From: an uncultured Mycoplasmatales bacterium | GTDB taxonomy: Bacteria; Bacillota_I; Bacilli_A; Mycoplasmatales; CGIF01 | Assembly (NCBI GenBank): GCA_964250295.1 | Contig: CAXUEP010000001.1 | Span: forward strand, 60,989 to 124,988 | DNA: 64,000 nt | Direction: 5' to 3' | Shown here: positions 11,945-23,705 of the stretch, piece by piece | Numbering within the stretch: the stretch's first letter is position 1 | How the letters are laid out: the number at the start of each line of letters is the position of its first letter | Notes under the pieces: model-generated | Told to the model about the DNA's origin: nothing | What the model saw: the letters and a program-made list of their open reading frames with translations, nothing else | Database searches by the model: none | Translations under genes and position numbers: made by a program

Positions 11945-13831
11945 ATGAAGGAACTTGATGATCTAAACTCTTATCAGAGTGAGGCTGTTCTTAGTACAGA
12001 GAAACAGATTTGTGTGATCGCTGGTCCTGGCTGTGGGAAGACAAGAACTCTTGTCGCAAAGGTTATTTACTTACTCAGAAATGAGAAGGCTAAGCCACAA
12101 GCAATCTTACTCCTAACTTTCTCGAAAAAAGCAATTAGGGAGATCAAGGAGAGGATTTCCAAGCGGCTGGGAAAAGTCTATGCTTTCTGATTAAATATTC
12201 ATAACTTCCACTCTTTTTGCTATAAGCTGTTACATGAAAATTCTCTACTTTTTGGTTTCCAAAAAAACTTTCCTGTATATGACCGAAATGATCAGGAAGC
12301 TTCAGTAAAAAGAATTCTTCGTGAGCGTTCGCAGGTTTTAACAGGCCGTGATTTTAGTGACTTAATGAACAACATTTCCTTATGTAAAATAAGAAAAAAC
12401 TATACTGAGTTTCTAAAAGATAGTAATCATGAAGATTTTCTGGTGTATAAGGATTATGAGAAACTACTACGTAGAGAAGGAGCTCTTGATTTTAATGACT
12501 TACTTCTCTATGTTCTTAATGGTTTGAAGGATAGTAGAATTCTCAGGGAGATTAGTTCTAAATTTACAAACATTCTAGTTGATGAATTTCAAGATGTCAA
12601 TGAAATTCAGTGGGAAATAGTTAATTTACTTATAAATAATGAAACGAAGGTTTTCTTAGTTGGTGATCCTAACCAGTCAATTTATGGTTTCCAGGGGTCT
12701 AGTACTCATCTGATTTCATCTCTAGTTAAAAACAACGACTGAAAAAAGTTCTTTCTTAGTGTTAACTATCGCTCTACAGAGAATATTGTTAATTTATCAA
12801 ATTTATTTCTTAAGAAAAATAGTGATTCTTTGCTATTCAATCCATTAGAAACTAGGAATGCAAAGGGGGTTCCTGTCGAAGTGATCAGGAACTGTTCACC
12901 CAGGTTTATAATTAGAAAAATTCTCTACTTAGTTGAGAATCAGAAAGTAAAACTTAGCTCAATTGCCCTTATATACCGTAATAATTACCTGTCATCATTT
13001 ATTGAACAAGAGTTACTTTCTAATAATATTCCTTATGAGATACTTGGCTCTTTTAAATTTATTGAGCGTGAAGAGATAAAAGATGTTCTTGCATACTTAA
13101 AAACCATTGCTTTTCAAAACGAAAGTGATGCATTTTTCCTGAGAGTTCTGAAGGGACTAGTTGGCGTAGGTCATAAGCTTATTGAAAACATTGAAGATGC
13201 TAGTAGAAAGAATGGCTCTGGCATCTTTACCTACCTCAGTGCACAGTTTTCTACTGTTTCTCAACTAGGGTATAGAAACCTGAAGGTGAGTAGATTACAA
13301 CAAGAAAGTCTCCTAAATATTGTTAAATCAATGAACTACCTAATTGAAAGGACTAAGCAGAAGAGTACCCTAGAGAATTTTGTTGGTGACCTGCTCCAGG
13401 AACTTAATTACTTCGTGAGACTTGAACAAAAAACTAATCCTCTCCAGCGGAAAAGGAATGTTCAACAGTTTTTAAATCTTATTAGAGAATGGGAAAAAGA
13501 ACGGGTGGTTGATAAAAGCGAATCTCTCTGTGATGTTCTTGGTGATTTTTTGCACTACTGCTCTATCGTTTTTGAAGATAGTAACTTTCAAACTAGAAAG
13601 AACAATCTTGTTCTTTCTTCTGTTCACCAAGTAAAGGGTCTTGAGTTTGACTTTGTTTTTTTTCTCTACTTAGATCATAACATTCTTCCCTACAAAATAT
13701 CAACTGACCTAACTGAGGAAAAAAGACTTTTCTATGTAGGTATTACAAGAACGAAGAAATCTCTATACCTTGTAAGTAACAGTAATATTCCCTCTGTTTT
13801 TTTCGATTCCTTACTGGAAGAAAATCACTAG
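11945..13831 (+). CDS. pcrA: UvrD/PcrA SF1 helicase
   Basis: AGPGCGKT, VDEFQD, VGDPNQSIYGF, NYRS, VKGLEF, EEKRLFYVGITR; three track ORFs joined. Confidence 0.9.
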
Positions 13832-14104
13832 AAATTGTAGAACATTTACAAGTAGATTGATCCTATCTACAGGTGCAAAGTACAAAGTTGACCGGAAAAT
13901 AATAAAAAGGACATAAGTCGGTACATGGTAGCAGAGTTTGTCATGCAAGTTGGTAGTATAGCTGTCTACAACTAGTAAGGAATGTAGTACTCCAACTTTA
14001 AGTGATAGTTCTATGAATCTTGTAAAGTTTACTGACATCCAAAAACTAATAGTCGATTTCTATCTCTTAGTAAAGAAGGTAGACTGGAGAACTGTTTTTA
14101 TATA

Positions 14105-14419
14105 ATGAAAGTCAACAAAATGATAGGAAAACAAGCACTTGTTAGTGAAATAACAAAAAAATTAAGAAGTCTAAACAATTTTAAGAAAGAAGTAAGGGTT
14201 GAGGAATTCATAGACTCCTTCCTTGAAAGTTTGGAGGGTTTTTTGGTTTCTGGCGAAAGAATAATCTTCCAAAATCTCTTTTCGCTTAATGTTGTAGTTA
14301 GGGGGGAAAGAAGGGGTAAAAATCCGAGAAACGGTGAGGAAATTATCATTCCAGAACGTAAATCAATTGGCCTAAGAATAAGTCCTAATCTAAAAGAAAA
14401 AATAAACAAGTCAAAATAG
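14105..14419 (+). CDS. hup: HU-family DNA-binding protein
   Basis: RRGKNPRNGEEIIIPER motif. Confidence 0.85.
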   Translation: MKVNKMIGKQALVSEITKKLRSLNNFKKEVRVEEFIDSFLESLEGFLVSGERIIFQNLFSLNVVVRGERRGKNPRNGEEIIIPERKSIGLRISPNLKEKINKSK

Positions 14420-14464
14420 ATCTTTCAGAAATATTCGTATTCAAAAGACACTCTTTACAACAAA

Positions 14465-14662
14465 ATGAACAATAATCAAGAGCCATTAACAATAACGGAC
14501 TTTCGTACAGGTATTTATTTTTCACTGTGGGAGATTGTGGTAATTGTTATTCGAAGTATATGGTACTCCCTCATAATCCTCTTAATTCTTAGAATTACTC
14601 ATGTCTATTATTTACCTAAAGTTGTGTCGACTCTAGAAGAAATGAAAACGAAGAGGCGATAG
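14465..14662 (+). CDS. Small hypothetical membrane protein
   Basis: 65-aa ORF with hydrophobic core. Confidence 0.45.
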   Translation: MNNNQEPLTITDFRTGIYFSLWEIVVIVIRSIWYSLIILLILRITHVYYLPKVVSTLEEMKTKRR

Positions 14663-14687
14663 GGATTCGTGTTTACTTCAACTAGAA

Positions 14688-15143
14688 ATGTCCGGTTATG
14701 AACAGAATTATCCTAGGTATGAGAAAAGGGAATTTTCTATAGGGAGCCTTGGGGAACTAGAAAGTTTTACAAAATGAGTTCTATCTTTCCATGATAAGGG
14801 ATCGTTTCTATATATTAGTGGGGATCTCGGGGTTGGAAAAACAACTCTAGCCCAATTTTTGTGTTCTGAACTTGGTATTAGAGAGAGGGTTACTTCTCCT
14901 ACCTTTACTATACTGAAAAGTTACTGGTCAGGGAAGAAAAATTGTTTTATAAATCATTTTGATTTTTTTCGTATTGCATCGGAGGATGATGTTGAAGCGT
15001 TCTGTGATATTAAGAATGAAGGTATAAACATCATTGAATGACCAGAAAGAGCACCTCTTTTTTCTGGTGGTGGTAGCATAACAAGAATAAAAATCTTTTT
15101 CTGTCAAAACGGTAGAAGGATAGAAGTTCTCCGTGCACTCTAA
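14688..15143 (+). CDS. tsaE: tRNA t6A biosynthesis ATPase TsaE
   Basis: GDLGVGKTT, SPTFTI, HFDFFRI, IEW(TGA)PE. Confidence 0.9.
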
Positions 15144-15241
15144 AAAATACTTTGATTACGTGATTTAGTAATAATTCAGTAAAGACGGTTAGTGGATGAA
15201 TTTAGGATACTAGGATACGCATTAAAAAATTCAGAAGTGCT

Positions 15242-15352
15242 ATGAAAAAATCAAAAACAAAAAGACTTAGAAAACATGGCTTTCTCCGCGCAGATCGGAA
15301 GAATGTTCTTTCAAAAAGAAGAAAGAAGGGAAGATGGTCTCTGACTGTTTAA
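15242..15352 (+). CDS. rpmH: 50S ribosomal protein L34 (short)
   Basis: MKKSKTKRLRKHGFLRADRKNVLSKRRKKGRWSLTV. Confidence 0.85.
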   Translation: MKKSKTKRLRKHGFLRADRKNVLSKRRKKGRWSLTV

Positions 15353-15382
15353 AATTGTATTCTGGAATTAAAGTAATAAATA

Positions 15383-16102
15383 ATGTCTGTCCACAGTCAA
15401 CGAACTAGTAAAGATCTAGTTACAGCGAAAACTAACAATAAATCAGTAAAGAGAAGTGATTATTTAAGGATTAAATTTCTCTTTGAAAAATGAAGAAATT
15501 GGCTTCTCTACTTTACGCTTGGGTATGTTATTTCCTTTGTAGCTTGGTTGAGTTTTTTCGTAAAGATCACAAATTTCCTTCTTATTGCAAGTGATCGTTT
15601 TGATCAAATCTGCTCTAACAGTAGTCCGAGACTAAGAGTGTTTGTTAACTCATACTGACTGTTTCCTATTGTGTTGTTTATAATAATAATGAGGGGTCTA
15701 GTTTTTTGCATTGATGGGTTTGTTTCCGCTTCACTAAAATCTCCTTTTGGTCAAATTACTTATTCAATAAACAAGTTAGGAATTAGAAATTCAGAGTCAG
15801 ATGAAATAGTTACAATCTTAACAGAGATTAACGAACACTTTAAAGAAACTTTTAAGAAGTTTGGTGTTTTTAAAATAGCAGTTGATCTTTTTCATATTTG
15901 TAATTCGCTGATGTCAGCAAAAGAGTCGAAAGACCAACATAAAGAGATGATTCCTAACATTGCTTTCCTAGAAAATAGGAGATTTCCACAATATACTGAA
16001 TTTTTCACAACACTCAGTTTGTTCATTCCAATTATCATTGCTCTCTGAAGGATTGAAGTTGCTAAAAAACTTATTGAAAAGTTAGAAGTTGGAGATGATT
16101 AA
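15383..16102 (+). CDS. Hypothetical integral membrane protein
   Basis: Code-4 ORF of about 239 aa with three hydrophobic segments; overlaps gltX start. Confidence 0.55.
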
Positions 16103-17549
16103 TAAAAAAGTGAGGACTCGCTTTGCTCCAAGTCCAACTGGAAGTTTGCATGTTGGTGGCGCAAGGACTGCTCTCTTTAATTACTTACTTGCTAGGAAAA
16201 CAGGGGGTTCTTTTGTACTGCGGATTGAGGATACTGATCAAGCAAGGAGTTCTGATCAATACTATTTTGAACAGTATAACGATCTAAAGTGGTTGGGTAT
16301 TTTTCCTGATGAATCAGTGTTTGACGGTGGTGACTTTCAACCCTACAAACAAACAGACCGGGTGGCTATTTATGAACAGTTTTTATCAGTTTTGCTTACT
16401 AAGAAAGTTGCTTATTACTGTTTCTGCAGTAAGAGTGAACTTGGGAAGGAACGTCGTGAATACGTAGCTAACGCAGGGCGTTCAAACTATAAATATTCAC
16501 GGAAATGTCTATCTTTAACAAATGAGGAAGTTAACTCTCGTTTGCAAATGAAACAGCAATATTCAATAAGGTTTTTTGTTGATCGGAAGAAAAACTATTC
16601 TTTTAATGATCTTATTCGCGGCGAAGTGAATTTTAATGGTGAAGATATCGAAGACTTCATTATTTGTCGTGAAAATGGAATACCACTCCTAAACTTCTCA
16701 GTTACGATTGATGATCATCTGATGGAAATTAGTCATGTACTTAGAGCTGAGGAACACCTCTCAAACACTGCGAAGCAAATTGCGATATACAGAAGTTTTG
16801 GGTGAAACCCCCCTCTTTTTGCCCACCTTTCAATTATTTTTGACAAAGAGGGGAAGAAAATTTCAAAGCGTAGTAAGGGAGCTAAATTTCAGACAATTAA
16901 ATCACTTAGGGAGTTAGGATATCTTCCGGAAGCGATTGTTAACTGCCTCACTTTCCTTGGTTGGACAAATGATTCAAACAAGGAATTTTTTAGTATGCAG
17001 CAGCTAGTAGGTGTCTTTAGGATGAATAATTTTAATCTAAGGTCTCCTATGTTGTCAATTGAAAAGCTTAACTGGTTTAACAATTATTGAGTTAGGAACA
17101 TTGAACCAGTTCGCTTTGGTAATACTGCCTGGTCTTTTCTTCAGAAGTCGTTCTTCCTTGATGAAACACAAAAACAACGTTCAGTAGAAATTGCAGGGTT
17201 ATTCCGCGAACAACTAAAAAACTTTGCAGAGTTACCTTCCTTAGCTGAATTCTTTTTTAATTATAATTCGGAGGAATTTATCATTGTAGAATGTCTACGC
17301 CTAGTAATTGAAGACTTTGCTTCAAAACTTCTGCAACTTGATGAGTTAGACGAAATAGGAGTTAATCAACTTCTCAGGGAAACCATTGTTGCTAGCAAAG
17401 TTGTAAAGAAGGATTTCTTTTTAACTTTAAGAAGAGTTCTTACAGGAATTACAAAGGGTCCTGAGCTTCCTAGAATAATAGTTGTACTTGGGAAGGAAGA
17501 GTTACGAAGAAGATTAAACAGGCATAATTTTCTACTTACTAGTAGTTAA
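16095..17549 (+). CDS. gltX: Glutamate--tRNA ligase
   Basis: RFAPSPTGSLHVG, LRIEDTD, KISKR. Confidence 0.95.
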
Positions 17550-17564
17550 TAACAAATTCCTTGG

Positions 17565-18527
17565 ATGAGGAAAGATTACTTTCTCTCCCTTAGAAATAAA
17601 GGGGATCTTTTGTATATAGTGGCTCTTTCGGGTGGACCTGACAGTACATTCCTTCTCTACAAAATGTATAGTCTTGGCCACAGAATAGTTGCTGCTCATG
17701 TAAACTACGGAAAACGACATGATAGTTTTTATGACGAGGAACTAGTTACTAAACACTGTAAAGAGCTCTCAATTAGACTGTTCATTGAAAGAGCAAATGA
17801 CTACAAGAAGGGTAACTTTCAAGCTGCTGCAAGGGACTTACGTTATAAGTTCTTTTCGCAGGTTGCTGAAAAACTCTCTAGCGAAGGATTCAAAATCGGA
17901 GGGATAGTTGTTGCACATAACTTTGAAGATTTGCTAGAAACATATTGGCTGCAGAGAGAAAGGAAATCTCTAGTTAATTACTGGGGTTTGCCAGCTCAGT
18001 CACAACTTGGTAAATGGTTTATTTTTCGCCCGATCATTAGCTTCAGAAAGAACTCAATAGTTAAAATTCTTACACAAGAGGGAATCAAGTACTCAGTTGA
18101 TTATACTAACGATAGCACAGTCTATCGTCGCAATGTAATTCGTAAAGAGATCTTTATGCTTAGTGAGGAAACAAAGAGTCTTCTCAGTAAACAAATTGGG
18201 GAAGAGAACTTCCTACTGTTAAAAAACATTAAGGAAGTCAACCAGAAAGTTAGAATACTTCTCAGTGGTAATGTTTTTAATATAGAAGATGAGGAGTGAC
18301 TACTAAGTGGAACTGAAATAAAACAGAGAATAATCTACACTTTACTTAATAGTTTTTCAGAAGGCAAGTTTTTCTCCCGTAAAAAGAAAGTAGTGGTTGA
18401 GGTATGTAAACAACTTCAAAGTAGAAAAGAGAAGTTTACTATAAATATTGGAAATGAATTAACAATATTTAAACTAAAAAAGGTAGTAATTTTTGTGAAA
18501 GGGGAAAAGTATCAAAGACTCCTCTAG
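17565..18527 (+). CDS. tilS: tRNA(Ile)-lysidine synthase
   Basis: ALSGGPDS, AARDLRY, AHNFED, RNVIR. Confidence 0.9.
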
Positions 18528-19075
18528 TAGAAGAAATTAACTATTTACAAAACAAGATTTATTACCTCTACTGCCAAAGGCTACAGGAAAGATGGTAGAT
18601 TCGCAGTACTTGGGTTAGTTAGAAAGATTTTTAAATTTCTCCCGTTCATTTTCTTTTCCTTGGTTTACCTTCTTCATTTCGTACTGTTGATAGCATTCTT
18701 TTTGTTGTTAATACCAGCATAGCAGATAATGATTTAGGAATGAATGCGGAGTGTTTTTCCTACCTATTCCGAGATTCTATCCTGTGATGATCATCCTAGT
18801 TATTATTGGGGTAACCTATGATAGTTACTGGAAACTTTATTTTAAAAAAAATTATCCTGCTGGAAATAGGTAACTAGTTTCGTAAAAAAAGAGGGAGGCA
18901 TCTAGTGCTTATAAAAAGTAAGTAAAAATAATTTTGAAGAAAAGGTAGCGAAATGAACTTCTCTTTGAAAATTTGGAAAGTTCATAAAAAAACAAAAGCT
19001 GGAAAATGCCAAGTGGTTGAAACAGTTTTGTTTTTCTGTGGATTTTCTAGAGGAAATAAAAGGAAAAAAAAGTAA

Positions 19076-20602
19076 ATGGCAAGTAGAAGAGGTGTCTATA
19101 ACCTTTGAATAGAGTATGACAACTTTCTCCGTTCTCTTCACCTAGAAACTCTGGAAAAACAGTCTGAATATAGTAGAAAGAAACGCTTCTTTAACTACTT
19201 AAAGAAGCTTCCTATTATTTTCTTTGCTTCATTATTGACCACCTTGACTTTTCAGTTTTTCATCAACCCGAACAAACTATTCAATAGTGGTTTGAGTGGA
19301 GTAATTCAGGTAGTAACGAACTATTTTTTCGTAAAAAACGGAGTGGGTGAGCAGAACAGGATAGTTTACTACTATGCTATTGTTCTACTGGTTAATTCTT
19401 TAATTGTGTCTGTTATTCAGTTCTTCTACCCGTACAACTTTGAAATAAACTCAACTGCTATTTTCTATGTTTTTTCCCAGTTTATCTGGAGTAGTATTTT
19501 TCGCCGTTATTCCCTACAGAAATACTTTTTCAGTCGTTTCTCTGCACAGAGTTGGAGTAATTTATCTTCACTTAATCAACTAGGTTTAACGTTCCCGTTC
19601 TACATAACAATTGGTGTCGTTTCAGCAATAATTCATACGTATGGTTATAATTTAATTTACCGGGCAAAATCAACACCTGGTGGATTTGAGATAATTACTT
19701 CTACTCTTGCCCAGGATAAAAAAGAGAAAGTCTCAATTGGCTCTTTAAACAAATTGTTTGCTGTCTCTGTTATCCTTTTCATCACAGTCTTCAATTTTCT
19801 TGTTGTAAATGATAACATCCAACTAAAAACAAATGAATTAATTGATTTGATTAATAGTAATATGCATACTATTCTGAATAGAGAAAACAGAGAAAACCAA
19901 ATGATAATTAAAGGTAGAGATGGCCTTGATTCATTTCTGAAAAGCTTAAATGGTGAAAAATTTGATAACGTAGAAAAACTTAACATTAGGGAGCTCCTGG
20001 AAAACTGGTCTGGAGATCATTCTTTTGAAAAGTTACCAGGAGGGATTTCTACATACCTTGAAGATGATAAGAAAATACTGCAAGTATTTTCTCAACTTGA
20101 AAAAGCGAAAAAAGCCAAGCTTTGGGGTTTATGGAAGGAACACAAAAAATGGAACCCAGAGAATAGTAAGGTAGTTACAGAAAATGAAAAAGAAGAACTC
20201 CTCTTCCTCTCTCATATAAGAGCAAGAACTGAAGAAGTAAAGAAAAACACTTATGAGAAAAGTTTTCTAGGATACTTTAAGTATATTACAAATGATGAAA
20301 AACTCTGGGCTAGCTTGATTTATATTTTCTTTTCTTCATACTTAATAAACCAGATCTTCCCCAAGAGCAAAACTGTTCTTCTAACAGTGCTTTTAGAAAG
20401 TAGTGATAATCTGGGCAAGATGTTAAGCATTCTACAAAAATATAGCCCAAGCTATTTTCAAGTTCTCTCTAAAAAGGGAGAGAGAGAAGAAGAGAATTAT
20501 TTTCTTTTTTGTTCAATTACAAAGTGGAATTACCTGCTTCTAGCCAATGAAATTAGCAAATTTGGAAAGATTTCAGTTAACATACTTGATGAATCGAACT
20601 AG
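19076..20602 (+). CDS. YitT-like membrane protein with large soluble insert
   Basis: LFNSGLSG and STPGGFEII motifs, multiple TM segments; start extended through TGA. Confidence 0.6.
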
Positions 20603-21269
20603 GGTAATTATTGAAAGCATTAGGGACACTGAGAATTTCAATAAGGCATTTGTGCACACTTCCTTTCAAAATGAAATGAAACTTGATTTCTCCTACGAAT
20701 CCCTAGAACTTCTTGGTGATAGTGTGCTTAATTTTTATACAACTCTCTTTATCTACAATAAGTTTCCGGAGTTTTCAGAGGGTCAGATGAGTAAACTAAA
20801 GCAACTAATGGTCATGGAGAGCACGCTTGCGGAAATTAGCAGTAGAATTAATCTTCACCACTACTTGAAACTCGGTGAGGGTGAGAAAAAAAATGGTGGG
20901 ATTACAAAAACTAGTATTCTTGCTGACATTTTTGAGTCATTTATTGGCGCTCTATATCTTGAAAAGGGTGGCCGAGTTGTGTTTAACTTTTTAAATGGAA
21001 CTCTTTTCAGATGATCACGGGGTAAGGAAATGTTGATATGGGACTACAAAACAAAACTGCAGGAATATTGCCAATCTGAAAAGAATAGTGTAAAATATAC
21101 TCTGATTTCAACTGATGACTATAAACATGAGAGGCAGTTTCTGGTTGAAGTTAGTGATTTACTTGGTAAATTTACAGCAAGGGGGTTTGGGAAAACGAAG
21201 AAAAAAGCTGAGCAGGAAGCTGCTTACAAGGCAATGAAGGAACTTAAACTCCCTGTAGGAGAGCAGTAA
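20589..21269 (+). CDS. rnc: Ribonuclease III
   Basis: YESLELLGDSVL, ADIFESFIGAL, dsRBD DYKTKLQE...KKKAEQEAA; joined through TGA 21012. Confidence 0.95.
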
Positions 21270-21274
21270 AAATA

Positions 21275-21832
21275 ATGAAAGAATTATTTTTTAGTTTGGT
21301 AAGTAGAAAACTCTTCATTGCTCTCCTGGAAAGTGGTAAGGTTATTAGAATAATTTGTGAGGATAATTACCATAGGCATTCAGAAAATTTTATCTTAAAA
21401 GTGAAAGAAATCTTTGATGGCATATCTTTTCTCGTAGGCGATCTTAGTAAAGTGTTTTTTCTTACTGGACCTGGGGGGCAGACTGGTGAAAGGGTTAGCT
21501 TTTCATTTGTGCTCGGAAGCCTACTAAGTAACCCCGTGCTAAAAGCTTTTTCATTAGATAGTCTTACATTCCAGGCAGTTGCTTCTGAAAGGTGCTTGAG
21601 CGTTGTCAGTACAGGGGAAAAAAGTAAAAAATACTTCTTTGCTGTTTACCAGGGTAACAGAGTTCTTTTTAGGAAAGAAAAAGTCGAGAAAGAGGAGTTT
21701 GAAAAAGTAAGGGAAATGTTTCCAAACCTAGTAGTAAGAACTGACCTTGAGGAAACTGATTTTCTTCGTAATTTTCTTGTTTCTAAAAAGGAGTTTAGGG
21801 CTTTCGAAAGTGAACAACTAGTCGGTTTTTAA
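21275..21832 (+). CDS. tsaB: TsaB-like protein
   Basis: HSE...FLTGPGGQTGER resembles the TsaB GPGSFTGxR motif. Confidence 0.7.
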   Translation: MKELFFSLVSRKLFIALLESGKVIRIICEDNYHRHSENFILKVKEIFDGISFLVGDLSKVFFLTGPGGQTGERVSFSFVLGSLLSNPVLKAFSLDSLTFQAVASERCLSVVSTGEKSKKYFFAVYQGNRVLFRKEKVEKEEFEKVREMFPNLVVRTDLEETDFLRNFLVSKKEFRAFESEQLVGF

Positions 21833-21851
21833 TGAGAAAAGAAGGGGGCAT

Positions 21852-22676
21852 ATGATGAGAATATTGGCAATTGGTGACATTTTCGGAAGAACAGGAAGAC
21901 GGGTGGTAGAGGAGTTGTTAAAAAGAATAAGGAAGGACTATAGGATAGATTTGGTAATTGCAAATGTTGAAAATGCAACCCACGGTAGGTCAATCTCTCG
22001 TTCACACTACCTTGCACTAGGTGCAGCGGGGATTGACATAATGACCTCTGGTAACCATATCTTTGCGCTTGAGGAAACAAGGCTCTATATTGATTCCTGT
22101 CAGAATCTTCTAAGACCTTTGAACCTGAATCCCTTTCACCCAGGTAATGGAACTTACCTTCTTAAATTTCAAGACAGAAAAATAAGAGTAACAAATCTGA
22201 TTGGGAATTCTTTTATGCAATTTTCAGAAAATCCCTACTTTTCACTTGAAAGGGTTTTGTTGATGGAGAATGCAGACATTCATATTGTTGACTTTCACGC
22301 GGAAGCAACTGCTGAAAAGTTAGCCTTTGCCTGATATTTTGACGGAAAGTTAAGTGCTCTGTATGGTACTCATACTCATGTGCAGACTGCTGATGAAAGA
22401 ATCTTACCAAAGGGTACAGCGTTCATCACCGATATAGGAATGACCGGACCCCATGATGGAATAATTGGTGCGCAACCTGGAGCAATTATTCAGAGGTCCA
22501 AGTATGGTTTTGCTGCAAAAATGGAACCTGCTGAGGATGCTGGGCAGTTTAATGGAATTATTTTTGAGTTTGATAACAATAACAATGCTAGTTCAATGAG
22601 AAGGCTTAGCTTCGCTCGTAGGGACTATGAGAAAGAATTAAGAACCTTTCTCACTGAGAAAAAACCAGCAAGTTAA
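21852..22676 (+). CDS. ymdB: YmdB-family metallophosphoesterase
   Basis: IGDIFG, NVENA, TSGNH, DFHAEATAEK, GTHTHVQTAD. Confidence 0.9.
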
Positions 22677-22679
22677 GTT

Positions 22680-23432
22680 CTAGTTGTTATTTCTAAATAA
22701 ACTTTTAATTTTTCTTACGAGATATCTAAATATTACGTAAAAACCTATCACCATTGGAATTATAAGTGCTAGGAGGGAAATAAAGTAAATCCCCTTGTTC
22801 AAATCAAGATTTATCCAGTCAGATTGTTGGTCAACCTTAGGATCTAAATCATTGTTTTCTTCTGTGCTCTCTTGATTAGGAGAATCCTTAACTTCTTCCA
22901 CACTAGTCCCATCCTCATTCTTTGATTCTGTAGGTTCATTTTCTGACTCCTGCTTGGATTCCTTTTTCCCTTGGTCATCATTAGTGTTAACAACTTCTTC
23001 ACTGGTAGATTTTTCATGTTGGTAGTTGTCTCCTTCGTGAGAATCTTGGTAGCTTCCAGCCTTAAAGAGATCAAGAGGCGTAGATTTTAATTCGGATCCT
23101 TTCTTTTCAGGAGACGCGGATGCAGCATCTTTATGCTTTATAGACCCTCCTTGATCTGAAAAATCTTTAGTATTACCTATAGGATCTAAGTTTTCCTGGT
23201 TTTCATTTAATAATTGGTTTGAGAAAAATGGGGAAGTACTAGTTGGAAATTCTTGTTGTTTTTCAGAGTTTGTATTGTTTTTACTGTTTGTATTTTTGTT
23301 CATGGATCTACTTCTTGCCTTATGATTTTTTTTCCAGTTCTTTTGTGATTCTGCTCGGTCAAATCGATCAACACTACTGCCTGTGCCACTAACCGAACCC
23401 TGATGACCTTTATGATTGTTTTGTGATTTCAT
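22680..23432 (-). CDS. Low-complexity protein with C-terminal membrane anchor
   Basis: S/N/E/K-rich 250-aa ORF; one hydrophobic helix followed by basic tail. Confidence 0.7.
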   Translation of the reverse strand: MKSQNNHKGHQGSVSGTGSSVDRFDRAESQKNWKKNHKARSRSMNKNTNSKNNTNSEKQQEFPTSTSPFFSNQLLNENQENLDPIGNTKDFSDQGGSIKHKDAASASPEKKGSELKSTPLDLFKAGSYQDSHEGDNYQHEKSTSEEVVNTNDDQGKKESKQESENEPTESKNEDGTSVEEVKDSPNQESTEENNDLDPKVDQQSDWINLDLNKGIYFISLLALIIPMVIGFYVIFRYLVRKIKSLFRNNN

Positions 23433-23705
23433 TATTTACTACTCATTTTTCTCTAATATTTTTAAACTACTAATGATAATTTCTATTTTAAGTAAAATCT
23501 AAACAAAACTAAACACACTGTCCAAGCACAGAACTAGCAACTGAAATCGAGGTTAAATTAAAAAGTAAGGGGACTAGGATAGTTTCTTTCTACTAAACTA
23601 AACCATTTTGTGAAAGGAAAGCTTTTAAAATTTCTTAGATGTGCATGCGAAAAGTAGCTTCTGTAGGAAAGTAATTACGGTTAAACAGTTTAGGGGACTA
23701 ACTTA

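Noticed and set aside
18530-19075. Short hydrophobic and basic frames between tilS and the YitT-like gene
   Set aside because: No continuous ORF with a clear start; at most a degraded remnant
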